Positions 1 to 8,925 of a DNA stretch of 64,000 bases are shown here, piece after piece. Below the pieces are notes generated by a model. That model saw only the letters and a program-made list of their open reading frames with translations. It was not told where the DNA came from and made no database searches. The DNA comes from Candidatus Melainabacteria bacterium 17Bon1m. Its GTDB lineage: Bacteria > Cyanobacteriota > Vampirovibrionia > Obscuribacterales > Obscuribacteraceae. The stretch lies in NCBI GenBank assembly GCA_032128875.1, contig JAVLKG010000008.1, positions 1-64,000 on the forward strand, read 5' to 3'. Within the stretch, counting starts at the first letter, position 1, and every line of letters starts with the position of its first letter. The translations under genes and the position numbers were made by a program.

Positions 1-466
1 CCGAATGTCCAAGAGTTCTGAAACCCTCAATTTCAGCTGGTTGGCTGCCAAGATACTATATGTATGAATAGAATAGGTGCTTTTGATGTGGCACTTTGAC
101 CAGTTGCGAATTGCGCCGTGTACCTCTCTCCGAAAACCCGGGATTTTTCGGAGCGTAAAAGTCCCAAAACGCCCTGCCTGCGACGCCTTTCAGGTTTTCG
201 ATACCACTAAGACCCTAAAAGACCGGAGACGTATGCCAGACAAATGATTTGGGGAATCGACACTCCGAAAAAAAACCGTTTTTCGGAGAGAATGCCGAGT
301 GTGATTTTGGATACCCACTCTCGCCCGCCATTCTTCAGCCCCTCCTTGCTACATAGATTAGTAGCAGTACGGCTAAAAACGAAAGGGAGAGAGCGATTTG
401 AGGTCGCGCCCTCCCAGTCGTTTGATTCAACGCTTTATTCAATGCGCCGGGATGCGCATCACGTCG

Positions 467-1291
467 TCACTTCGCGGGAACCAGGTAGTCCTGCAGAGAG
501 CAGCCACGCGACTTATTGTCGACGTTGACGGCGCCCTTTCCGGCTTCGTGGTCCGCGAGGTGCACCGTGCGAAAGTCGATGCTGAAGCGCGTCAGACCCG
601 ACGCGTTCTTTACCGTCTGATGCAGGTGCGCGGAGGAAAAGAGAATCATGTCGCCGGCGTTCGCTTTGAAGGCAACGCCATCCTTAGCGTCGAGAATGCC
701 CTCAGCGACCGACGGATACACAGCCGCTTTTCCGCTGGTATTTTGCCAGCCGACGCTCTTCATCCACTCGTCGTAGTCGAAGTCGCCGCTCTGGTTGTCG
801 ACCGGCTTGTCGAACCAGTCGTAGAAGAACGCAAAACTGTCGGCTTCCGTCACGTCGTGCAACGGAATCCACCAGTTGACCTGTGCCTGCGGGTTGGCGT
901 ACCAGCTGTCACGGTGAGCAGTGTAGGCTGGGGCGGCTTTCGGGTTTTCATGCCCGAGATGAGTGACCGCCCTCAGCCTTGCAGGGTCGACTGCGTGCTC
1001 GCCTTGTTTGAAACCCTTTGCCGCCAGCAGCTCGAAGAGCAGCTTTTGGTAGGCTTCTTCCGAAGCGAGACGCTTGCGAACCTTGCCGACGCGCTCGTAA
1101 AATTCCGCGCCATCGAGCTTGAACTGCAGCTCGCGACGCGGCGTCGAGGCGCCGAATTCCTGCTCCAGCAGAGCCCAGACTTGCACGACCAGATGCCTGG
1201 AGCGCGCGCAAGCCGGGATGCGGATGACCTTGCCGGCATAGATGGCTTCCCGCAAAGCGCGATTGCTTTTGCTTTGCAGTGTTTCCATCAA
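467..1291 (-). CDS. 2OG-Fe(II)/phytanoyl-CoA dioxygenase-like protein
   Basis: HxD (AHRDSW), NWWIPL, distal His (FSSAHLHQT) and terminal RFSIDFR typical of the PhyH-like fold; 4-nt overlap with the upstream methyltransferase. Confidence 0.75.
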   Translation of the reverse strand: MMETLQSKSNRALREAIYAGKVIRIPACARSRHLVVQVWALLEQEFGASTPRRELQFKLDGAEFYERVGKVRKRLASEEAYQKLLFELLAAKGFKQGEHAVDPARLRAVTHLGHENPKAAPAYTAHRDSWYANPQAQVNWWIPLHDVTEADSFAFFYDWFDKPVDNQSGDFDYDEWMKSVGWQNTSGKAAVYPSVAEGILDAKDGVAFKANAGDMILFSSAHLHQTVKNASGLTRFSIDFRTVHLADHEAGKGAVNVDNKSRGCSLQDYLVPAK

Positions 1292-2061
1292 TCCGGTCTC
1301 CTCCCCACGCAGATGCAGCGAGGGCTGCGGTCGCTGCGCGGGTCTCCTTCGAGATTGCCGTACAGCTTGACGTTGGTGAAGCCGACGCGCTCGAAGAGCC
1401 GCACCAGTTGACCCGGCGTGTAGAGGCGCAGGGTGCTGGGCGTTTCGATCTTGCGACCATCCGGCATCTGCCAGTTCCAGACCTGCTTCATCAGGTCGGT
1501 TTCCTCGTCGATCTCGCAGTTGCGCGTGATGACGATTTCACCGTCCGGCGTGTCGAGCTTGCGCACCATCGTCGGCTGGAAGTTGTTGCGGATCATCGGC
1601 GCGTTCAGGAAATCCAGCGCGAACCATGCGCCCGGCTTCAGCGATGCGAATGCGCGCTGCAGCATGCGGATGTTTTCGCTGTCCTTGGCACTGTAGCCGA
1701 AGCTCGTGTACCAGTTGAACGCACCGTCGCAAGGCTCTTCCGGACTGAATTCGAAGGCGTCGCCGACGTGGAATTCCGCCGCCAGGGCACCGCCCGCGAT
1801 GTCACCATTGGCGCGCTTGATGAAGCCGTCGCAGAGGTCGACGCCGACCATGCGGTAGCCACGCTTCGCCAGGGGAATGCTGACGCTGCCCATGCCGCAA
1901 CACTGGTCGAAAAGCCGGTCGCCGGGACTCACTTGCAGCACGTTGGTGAGGAAACGCAGCGTCGCCTCGAGTTCGGCGGGGTCGTTGCGTTCGAGATAGA
2001 GATAGAACGGTGTGTCGTCGTAAAACGACTTCCACCAATTAGGATCGGCTTGTTTCGCCAT
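1288..2061 (-). CDS. Class I SAM-dependent methyltransferase
   Basis: Motif I FDQCCGMG, GVDL, VGDA, TSFGY, LKPGA; SD AAGGAG upstream. Confidence 0.9.
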   Translation of the reverse strand: MAKQADPNWWKSFYDDTPFYLYLERNDPAELEATLRFLTNVLQVSPGDRLFDQCCGMGSVSIPLAKRGYRMVGVDLCDGFIKRANGDIAGGALAAEFHVGDAFEFSPEEPCDGAFNWYTSFGYSAKDSENIRMLQRAFASLKPGAWFALDFLNAPMIRNNFQPTMVRKLDTPDGEIVITRNCEIDEETDLMKQVWNWQMPDGRKIETPSTLRLYTPGQLVRLFERVGFTNVKLYGNLEGDPRSDRSPRCICVGRRPD

Positions 2062-2176
2062 TCAATACTCCTTCTTAGAGCGCGGGTATTTCACCCTCGC
2101 TCTAAGTTTCAGTTTTCAGTTGTCACCCACAGCAGCCCGCCGACGCGGTGTCGACGGGCTGTGAGTGTTTTCCAGA

Positions 2177-3178
2177 TCAGCCTTTGAGCATCTGCTCGAC
2201 GGCTACGACGGCAAGCTGGAAACGTTCGTCCCAGCCGCCCTTGATTTGAACGAACGGACGCTTGCGGCTATCCAACTCGTGAACACAGCGGTCGAAGAAC
2301 GCCGGGCTCTCTTTGGGAATGTACCGATGTCCGTCATCCACCCAGGGCACGTCGTAGTGCGTGAGCAGATAGAGGTCATAGTGACGCTTGTCCGCGGCGC
2401 GGCGCAACTGCTCGGGAACAGTCCCGACCAACCGTCCGCTCCAGATGGAGCTCGTCACCATGTCCGAATCGCAGAACAACACGCGGTTGGCGTCCAGGGC
2501 GCACGCGTCTTCCAACGCGCACTGACCATGGGCGATTGCCAGCATGTCGCTGTCGTCGATGTCCTTGCCGTGAGCCTTGATGTAGCTCTCCGCATATTCC
2601 GGCACGCAGACCGTGCCGAAGTGCTTGGCGAGTTTGCGCGCCAGAGTGCTCTTGCCGGTGGACTCAGGACCGAACACACAGATGCGCCGCACGTAATGCG
2701 GACGCACGATGCGCGGCAGAGCTTCCCAGTTGGCGAGCGGGTTGGCGCGAATCTCCTTCTCGCCGATGAGGGCATGCCCCACCAGCGAAGGATCGCACGG
2801 AACGTAGCTGACGCCCAGCTTTTCGGCCAAGAGCCTGCCGCGACCTTCCAAGCAGAAGAGATACCCGCTGCCCTTTGGAAGAAGCCGGCGCAACCCGCTT
2901 TCGAGGGTCTTGCCGAAATCATTGCCATCGGACTTGTGCCAGACGGCGCTTTTGATGCGCCGAATGGAAACGTTGGGAGCCCCTGCGAAGAGCGCATTCA
3001 GCCAGGCGACACGCTGCTCTGCCGGGATGGCATCGGCAGCGTGTTCGTCGACAACAATGACGAGTTCGTCGACGCAGTTGCGAGCGAACTCAATCATGTG
3101 TACCTGGGCGTTGGTGAGGGGATTGAAGTCCCCGAGCACCACGCCCTTGCGAACCGTTTGTTTCCGGTCTCGTTTCAT
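2177..3178 (-). CDS. nadR: NadR-like protein: degenerate cytidyltransferase-like domain plus nicotinamide riboside kinase domain, no HTH
   Basis: GDFNPL N-terminal domain; Walker A GPESTGKSTL; VPEYA, DVPWVDDGHR motifs of the NadR kinase domain. Confidence 0.8.
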   Translation of the reverse strand: MKRDRKQTVRKGVVLGDFNPLTNAQVHMIEFARNCVDELVIVVDEHAADAIPAEQRVAWLNALFAGAPNVSIRRIKSAVWHKSDGNDFGKTLESGLRRLLPKGSGYLFCLEGRGRLLAEKLGVSYVPCDPSLVGHALIGEKEIRANPLANWEALPRIVRPHYVRRICVFGPESTGKSTLARKLAKHFGTVCVPEYAESYIKAHGKDIDDSDMLAIAHGQCALEDACALDANRVLFCDSDMVTSSIWSGRLVGTVPEQLRRAADKRHYDLYLLTHYDVPWVDDGHRYIPKESPAFFDRCVHELDSRKRPFVQIKGGWDERFQLAVVAVEQMLKG

Positions 3179-3196
3179 AATTGGGTCCTCTCTGCG

Positions 3197-4564
3197 TTAG
3201 CGCCGCTTCTTGTGCGCCTCCGGCTTGTCGGAGCCGTAAAGCCCCTTCTTGTTGATCAACTGCGCAACGTCGAACGGCGTGCAGTACAGCGTCGGGTTGC
3301 CCTCCTTCACCAGATTGCGGATGTCCTCGCTGGACACCGGAACGCTCGGAGCGTAGATGACCTCGACGTCGGCGTTGGGAACGCGCTTCGCCCAGGTCTT
3401 CGCCTTCTCGATGTCAGTCCAGCCACGCGGAATGGCGATGAACTTGACCATCTTGAACAGCTCCTCGGCACCCATCCACTTGCTGAGGGTGTACGGGTGC
3501 TTCGGATCGAGATACTCCGAGCCGATGATGACGTACAGCTCCACGTCCTTGCCGAAGCGACGGCGCGCTTCCTGCACGGTCTGCAACGTGTAGCTCACCT
3601 TGCCGCTGTCGACGTCGGTGCGCCAGGCATCGAAGTAATCGTTGCCGGCGGTCGCTGCCACCACCATGTCGTGCCGGTCTTCCGCCGTATTCCGCACCGA
3701 GCGGTTGTTGGGCGGATTGGCGCTGGTGACGAAGACCACGCGATCGAGATTGAGCTCGCAGTGTGCCCACTCGGCGCGCAGCAAGTCACCGTAGCCGATC
3801 GGGTCGAACGAGCCCGGGAAAAGACCGACGCGCTTCACATCAGCCAGTGCGGGCGCCTCCTGCCGGTAAGGCTTCTGCCCCGGCTTGAGGTAGTGACCCT
3901 TCTTGGCGATGATCTTCTGCACGTCCCACGTGGTGGTGTACCAGATGGAACGCCCTTCCGAGACCCACTTGCGGATCATCGTCGAGGACAAGGGCGGGCT
4001 GGGCGCGAAGAGCGCTTCGATGCGCGCCTGCGGAACCAGCTTCGCCCACTCGGCGATCTGCTCCACCGTGATGTCCTCGCGCGGAAACACGAGGAACGTC
4101 AGGTTCTTCATCGCGAACATCTGGTCCGCGCCGATCCACTTGGGCAGGAAGTACTTGTGGTCGGGGTTGAGGTACTCCGCGCTGATCATCACGAAGAGGT
4201 CGATGTCATCGCCGTACTCGTCGATGACGCCTTCCACCGTGTTGATCATGTACGACGTGCCCTTCTGCCGGATGTCGCTGCGCGACGCCTCGAAGAAGGG
4301 GTTGGAAGCGGTGGCGGCGACGACCATGTCGTGCCTGTCGTCCGCGGGCAGGGAGTCTTCCTTGCCGTTGGGCGATTCACCGCAGGTGACGAAGAGCACC
4401 TTGTCGAGGTTGAACTTCATCCGCGTCCAGTGCGCGCACAGCAAGTGCCCGTAGTGGATGGGATCGAACTGCCCCCCGTAGATGCCGAACCGCGGGCGCC
4501 GACGAAGCGGCTTTCCGTAGAGCGTCATCCCCAGGTGGTGCCTGAGATTCTGAATTTTAGCCAT
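3197..4564 (-). CDS. nadD: Tandem double nicotinate-nucleotide adenylyltransferase (NadD-NadD) protein
   Basis: Two NadD-like repeats: GGQFDPIHYGH...SYMINTV...SSTMIR and PGSFDPIGYGD...SYTLQTV...SSEDIR; ATG at 4564 preceded by AGGAG. Confidence 0.85.
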   Translation of the reverse strand: MAKIQNLRHHLGMTLYGKPLRRRPRFGIYGGQFDPIHYGHLLCAHWTRMKFNLDKVLFVTCGESPNGKEDSLPADDRHDMVVAATASNPFFEASRSDIRQKGTSYMINTVEGVIDEYGDDIDLFVMISAEYLNPDHKYFLPKWIGADQMFAMKNLTFLVFPREDITVEQIAEWAKLVPQARIEALFAPSPPLSSTMIRKWVSEGRSIWYTTTWDVQKIIAKKGHYLKPGQKPYRQEAPALADVKRVGLFPGSFDPIGYGDLLRAEWAHCELNLDRVVFVTSANPPNNRSVRNTAEDRHDMVVAATAGNDYFDAWRTDVDSGKVSYTLQTVQEARRRFGKDVELYVIIGSEYLDPKHPYTLSKWMGAEELFKMVKFIAIPRGWTDIEKAKTWAKRVPNADVEVIYAPSVPVSSEDIRNLVKEGNPTLYCTPFDVAQLINKKGLYGSDKPEAHKKRR

Positions 4565-5009
4565 AATGTTTGATCTCCTGGTTTTGGCAGCGCTGCTGCC
4601 TTCGTTAGAAAGCTGAGCGCTGCCTACCCGCACGCGAAACGATGCAACGCATCGCTCCACGAGGCAGGCAGCTAGAGCTCGTTAGATTGGCCTTAAGCCA
4701 TGATCACAAACGCTTCGGGGAAGTCCGAAATGCTTTCACCAAGGTTGAAAACAACCGCAAGATCAACATCGCCTGTCTTTTCGCGCATCCGAGATGCTGC
4801 AGTTAGATGAGCGATAAAGCCAAATTCGCGGGTATTTACGTGCCTAAGATGAAAGTGCGTGAGTAGATAATTTGAAACTACGAATATTCTTGACATCAGA
4901 GCAATAACTGTCAGCTTTTGTAACCATAGGCCCAAAGCCATGGCTTTCAGCTCTTAGCGCAGCTAGCGCTTGGGGCAAAAACCTTTGCGAGGCGGAAGCG
5001 AAAGCTAGC

Positions 5010-5272
5010 GTGGGGGCGCGTTGCACGCGCTCGCTACATGAAGCTCCCACGAGCGAAACCAGCGCGCGCGACCACCGCCACCATCGCTTGACATCAATAA
5101 AACCCGTTTAAACTACTGCATTTGTAGGGGGCGACGCCGTGAGTCGCCCGGTTTTCTAAATCAGCGGTTTCTGCACAACGTATTGCCCAGCTATTCAGCG
5201 GCGGGCGGCATGAATGCCGCCCCTACAGCCACCATGAGCTGTGCCCCCTAGGAGCGCCGGCGGCTCGTCGGC
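5010..5272. repeat. Cluster of REP-like palindromes (GTAG/GTGG-GGGCG type and GGAGCGC type)
   Basis: GTAGGGGGCGACGCCGTGAGTCGCCC at 5124, inverted GGGCGGCATGAATGCCGCCCCTAC at 5203, GGAGCGCCGGCGGCTCGTCGGC at 5251; similar copies elsewhere in the window. Confidence 0.65.
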
Positions 5273-5308
5273 TTCTAGCGGCTTTCGCTACCACTACAGC
5301 GAACTCCT

Positions 5309-6937
5309 TTACGCTTCCTCAGTCACAATTTCCAGCCGCCCATCAGTAATCGCTTCGCGCAGACGCTCGTAATCTTGCAAGTTCTGATCCGCATAGGCGA
5401 CCGCGAATTGCGAAATCGCTTCGGCGAAAACTGTTCCTTTGCCAATGTATCCCGCGATGATTGCAGGATCGCCAGAACGCGCATGTGCTCTAGCCAAAGC
5501 CCACGCACAGTTTCTTGCAAAACCGCGCATGTGGTCTGGATTGAATATTTCTACTAGTGGCTTTACTTTCACATCTCGAAGCTGCCGGACATAGTAGTGC
5601 CGCCCTGATGCGCCAATGAAGTGACCAAGAAAAAAGTCACTAGCTGCCTGCATCAATCGCTGTCCAGCAACAACGCGTTGACCATTGGTCATCTGATTTA
5701 GAAAACCTGAGTAATTCTCCAGAACCGAGGTTCGAGCTTCCTTGATCTGCAAGAATAGCGGGTCTTCTTCTGCCGCAAAGAAAAGAGCGACGTGACAGTA
5801 AGTTCCAACACTGCCGACGCCCACGACTTTGACTGCCATATCAGCAAGTTCGTACTTGTCGAAAAGCACTCGGCGATGCAAGGACAGCGAATTGCGATAT
5901 CCCGCTACCGAGTGCGCGATGCGTTCTTGATACTCCGGCGAATCATATTCGATATCGTGATAGATAAGCGGCGGTTGGTCTTTTATCCGCGGTTTCTCAC
6001 CTTTCATGCAAGCGAGTTTCACAAGTTCATCAGAAGCACTTCTATTCATGGCTTTCTTCAGAACGTTCTTGCGTAGTTTTTTCAACTTCTTGCAATCGGT
6101 TTGCTCGATCAACTCTTCATAATCGAGATATGAATACCAGGCATCGAGAGTCTTCATTTCAGCCAGCTCTCGCATCTTTTCACCGTAGGTCAACGCTGCT
6201 TGAAACGCGGCTGCCTTAGCGTCTTTTGGCTTATGTCCATTATGAACTGCCGCTATGACGAAACTCGCCGCAAGCCGCTTCAAATCCCACTCCCAAGTAG
6301 CCGGGAAAGTTTCATCAAAATCATTCATGTCAAAAATGATGTTGCGCTCAGGCGTTGCAAAAGCGCCGAAATTCATCAAATGACAGTCACCACAACTCTG
6401 AACAGCGTAGCTGGTGGAAGGGGTGGAAGCCAGGTCAGCAGCCATGATTGAAGCCGCACCTCGATAAAACGCAAACGGCGAAGTCACCATTCGCCCATAT
6501 CGAATCGGCAGCAGTTCTTCGATCCGCCCCTCGCTCGAGGCGATCAAAACATCTATGGGATCATCGCGCTCCGGACGGTCCGGCTTATACTCCGCTTGCG
6601 ACTCGCGCGAACACTTCAGACGCAGGGCACGTCCCAGCTCATATCTATCGTTGCGAGTCTGCAGGTGAAGTGGCTTCGACAGGTAACTGGCTTCAACCAA
6701 TGTCGGTTTAAAGTGACTTACGAAATGATGTTTCTGACCTACAACTTCGCGGACCACAAGGTTCGGCGCTTCGGTTTGCTCGCGGGTCGTCGACGCATTC
6801 CCCCTTGGATTTGCACTGTTTCCACTTTTTGCTTTCGCGGCTTTCCGCCCTGCAGGTTTAGCCTTCTGCGCTTGCTCAGGCTTCGCTGTTTTACTTTCTC
6901 GAGTTTTCGTAGCTGTGTTTTCGCTGCGCTTTGGCAT
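5309..6937 (-). CDS. DUF2252 family protein (kinase-like fold)
   Basis: RYGRMVTSPFAFYRGAA, CGDCHLMNFG, DMNDFDE, KVVGVGSVG, LQIKEA, LARAHARSGD motifs. Confidence 0.9.
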   Translation of the reverse strand: MPKRSENTATKTRESKTAKPEQAQKAKPAGRKAAKAKSGNSANPRGNASTTREQTEAPNLVVREVVGQKHHFVSHFKPTLVEASYLSKPLHLQTRNDRYELGRALRLKCSRESQAEYKPDRPERDDPIDVLIASSEGRIEELLPIRYGRMVTSPFAFYRGAASIMAADLASTPSTSYAVQSCGDCHLMNFGAFATPERNIIFDMNDFDETFPATWEWDLKRLAASFVIAAVHNGHKPKDAKAAAFQAALTYGEKMRELAEMKTLDAWYSYLDYEELIEQTDCKKLKKLRKNVLKKAMNRSASDELVKLACMKGEKPRIKDQPPLIYHDIEYDSPEYQERIAHSVAGYRNSLSLHRRVLFDKYELADMAVKVVGVGSVGTYCHVALFFAAEEDPLFLQIKEARTSVLENYSGFLNQMTNGQRVVAGQRLMQAASDFFLGHFIGASGRHYYVRQLRDVKVKPLVEIFNPDHMRGFARNCAWALARAHARSGDPAIIAGYIGKGTVFAEAISQFAVAYADQNLQDYERLREAITDGRLEIVTEEA

Positions 6938-7123
6938 GGGTCACCTTACTGAATGTTTGAAGCCTGACAGATCAGTAATACCCGTCTTTAGTCGAACAGT
7001 AAGCAAACTGATTTATGAGATTTAGAACTTAAACTTCACTTTGCTAAATTCAGAAGAACAGTTCAGGGGAAATACTGATCTTCCAGCGAAGAAACTGTTC
7101 GACAATTGGAGTAGTAAGAACAC

Positions 7124-7384
7124 ATGGACTCCTGCATGAAAGTTCAAACGAAAAGCCTTTCTCAGCGCGGCGCCTGCCTCGCCGTCGCATCCCTCTTTTG
7201 CGGATTGTTTTACAACGGCCTCACGACTTGGTTTTTTGTCATATTTGGCCCAGGATTGAATTTTGTCGCGTTTCCATTGGGTTTTTTGTTTTTCGCGCTG
7301 CTGCCCAGCGTTTTCTGGATAAGTTTGGTAGTTTTGCTAGCTTCATTGCTTCTGGACTTCACGAGAAAAGAGGCCGGGCGATGA
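7124..7384 (+). CDS. Small membrane protein
   Basis: 86 aa hydrophobic ORF; ATGA overlap with the next gene. Confidence 0.55.
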   Translation: MDSCMKVQTKSLSQRGACLAVASLFCGLFYNGLTTWFFVIFGPGLNFVAFPLGFLFFALLPSVFWISLVVLLASLLLDFTRKEAGR

Positions 7385-7671
7385 ATGTCATTCTTCCACG
7401 CTACTTGCAAAAAAATCTTGCCGCAAAAGGAGCAATATTTGCGCTCCTAGCCTTCTTGTTCGGTCTTTTGAATGCGCAGATTTTCGAGGTTCTCAAAGTT
7501 ATCTTGCTGTTCATCCTTCAGACGACTACAGCCTTTATCGTATATTTTGTGCTTCTTATCATGATGGGCGTCACAGGAGGCGGCATTTTTATGGGGTTGA
7601 TATTCGTCACTACGCCCTTTGCTCTAATAGCAATTGCAATGTTCGCTCCGAGCAAACAGGACGACCAGTAA
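7381..7671 (+). CDS. Small membrane protein
   Basis: ATG at 7381 overlaps the previous stop; about 3 hydrophobic segments. Confidence 0.55.
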   Translation: MNVILPRYLQKNLAAKGAIFALLAFLFGLLNAQIFEVLKVILLFILQTTTAFIVYFVLLIMMGVTGGGIFMGLIFVTTPFALIAIAMFAPSKQDDQ

Positions 7672-7685
7672 GCAAGTCGATCTAA

Positions 7686-8552
7686 CTACTGTGCTGAAAG
7701 CGCTTCCGAAGGAGCAACTGAAACTTCTCTGCCGACTGCGGCGGCGACGGCGGCGAGTGATTTGACCAGCTCGCTCATTTCCTGCAAGGAAAGGGCTTGT
7801 CTTGCGTCTGAAACCGATTTTTTCGGCTGCGGGTGGCACTCTATCATCAGACCATCGGCGCCGCACGCTACAGCCGCACGAGCGAGGTCTGCGATGAGTT
7901 CGCAACGACCAGCAGCATGACTAGGATCTACGATCACGGGCAAGTGCGTCATCTGTTTCAACACAGCAACAGCACCAAGGTCCAAAACATTTCTCGTCAT
8001 CGAATCGAAGCTGCGGATGCCGCGCTCGCAAAGAATGACATTGTGATTGCCGCCAGCCATGATGTATTCGGCGGCCATGAGAAACTCTTCGATGGTTGCG
8101 GCGAGACCGCGTTTGAGCAGCACTGGTTTGCGCACCAGCGAAACTTCCTTCAAAAGCTCGAAGTTTTGCATGTTACGGCTGCCAATCTGCAAAACATCCA
8201 GGCTATCGTGCGCTTCTTCCAACTGTTTCGCAGACATCACTTCCGCAATGACCGGCATACTGTGTTGTTTTCCGGTTTCAGCCAGAATCTGAAGTCCTTC
8301 TTCGCCCATGCCTTGGAATGTGTAGGGTGAAGTTCTTGGTTTGAAAACTCCGCCGCGCAGCGCTTGAACAGGAGCCTTGGAAAGCACGTCGGCACATTCC
8401 TGCATTTGCTCTTCACTTTCGACTGCACAAGGGCCGGCAACCAGCATGAGCTTGTTTCCGCCGCAACTCACGTTGGGCGCGATAGCAATTTCTGTGCGGT
8501 GCTCAGGGCTCCGCTTATGTGTGAGCAAGTCGTCCAAAAAGGTCTGCCCCAC
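7686..8552 (-). CDS. aroF: 3-deoxy-7-phosphoheptulonate (DAHP) synthase, class I-beta
   Basis: AGPCAVES, FKPRTSPY, QIGSRNMQNF, LLKRG, LCERGIR, DPSH motifs. Confidence 0.93.
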   Translation of the reverse strand: MGQTFLDDLLTHKRSPEHRTEIAIAPNVSCGGNKLMLVAGPCAVESEEQMQECADVLSKAPVQALRGGVFKPRTSPYTFQGMGEEGLQILAETGKQHSMPVIAEVMSAKQLEEAHDSLDVLQIGSRNMQNFELLKEVSLVRKPVLLKRGLAATIEEFLMAAEYIMAGGNHNVILCERGIRSFDSMTRNVLDLGAVAVLKQMTHLPVIVDPSHAAGRCELIADLARAAVACGADGLMIECHPQPKKSVSDARQALSLQEMSELVKSLAAVAAAVGREVSVAPSEALSAQ

Positions 8553-8670
8553 GGCGCGTAGATTGTCTCAGTATAAAGACGAAACTGCTTTATGGCGCAC
8601 AGAATGTACTTACGTGACAGAAGCAGTGGGTAATTTACGCTAATCTGCGGTGACGAACAGCAATAAAACC

Positions 8671-8736
8671 GGTCGATGCAGGCGCCGCCCCTACAGAAAA
8701 CCGCCAAAACCGGGCGATGCATGGCGTCGCGTCTAC
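8671..8736. repeat. Pair of REP-like palindromes
   Basis: GGTCGATGCAGGCGCCGCCCCTAC and GGGCGATGCATGGCGTCGCGTCTAC, both ending CTAC (GTAG on the minus strand). Confidence 0.55.
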
Positions 8737-8769
8737 GACACTATTTAGTATTAAATCCGCAAAGATAAA

Positions 8770-8839
8770 CGGGGGCGGGCAATAGCTGCGTTGGTTGGTG
8801 ATTACCAATCGCAGCTAAGGAGAATCTCTCCCGCCCCCG
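8770..8839 (-). terminator. Long GC-rich hairpin, likely terminator downstream of the GNAT gene
   Basis: CGGGGGCGGG...CCCGCCCCCG outer stem with inner TAGCTGCG/CGCAGCTA stem; T-rich tail on the minus strand. Confidence 0.5.
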
Positions 8840-8925
8840 GTTACCTGTGTTCGTGTTCGTCTACGGTTCATGGTCGGTGTCCTTTCTGGAAACACCTCCA
8901 CTCGTAAAGAGCAGCAGTGTTCCCA

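Noticed and set aside
2165-4573. 802-aa plus-strand ORF (likewise 398-1411, 1279-2187)
   Set aside because: Antisense shadow of the motif-bearing minus-strand genes, expected with high GC3
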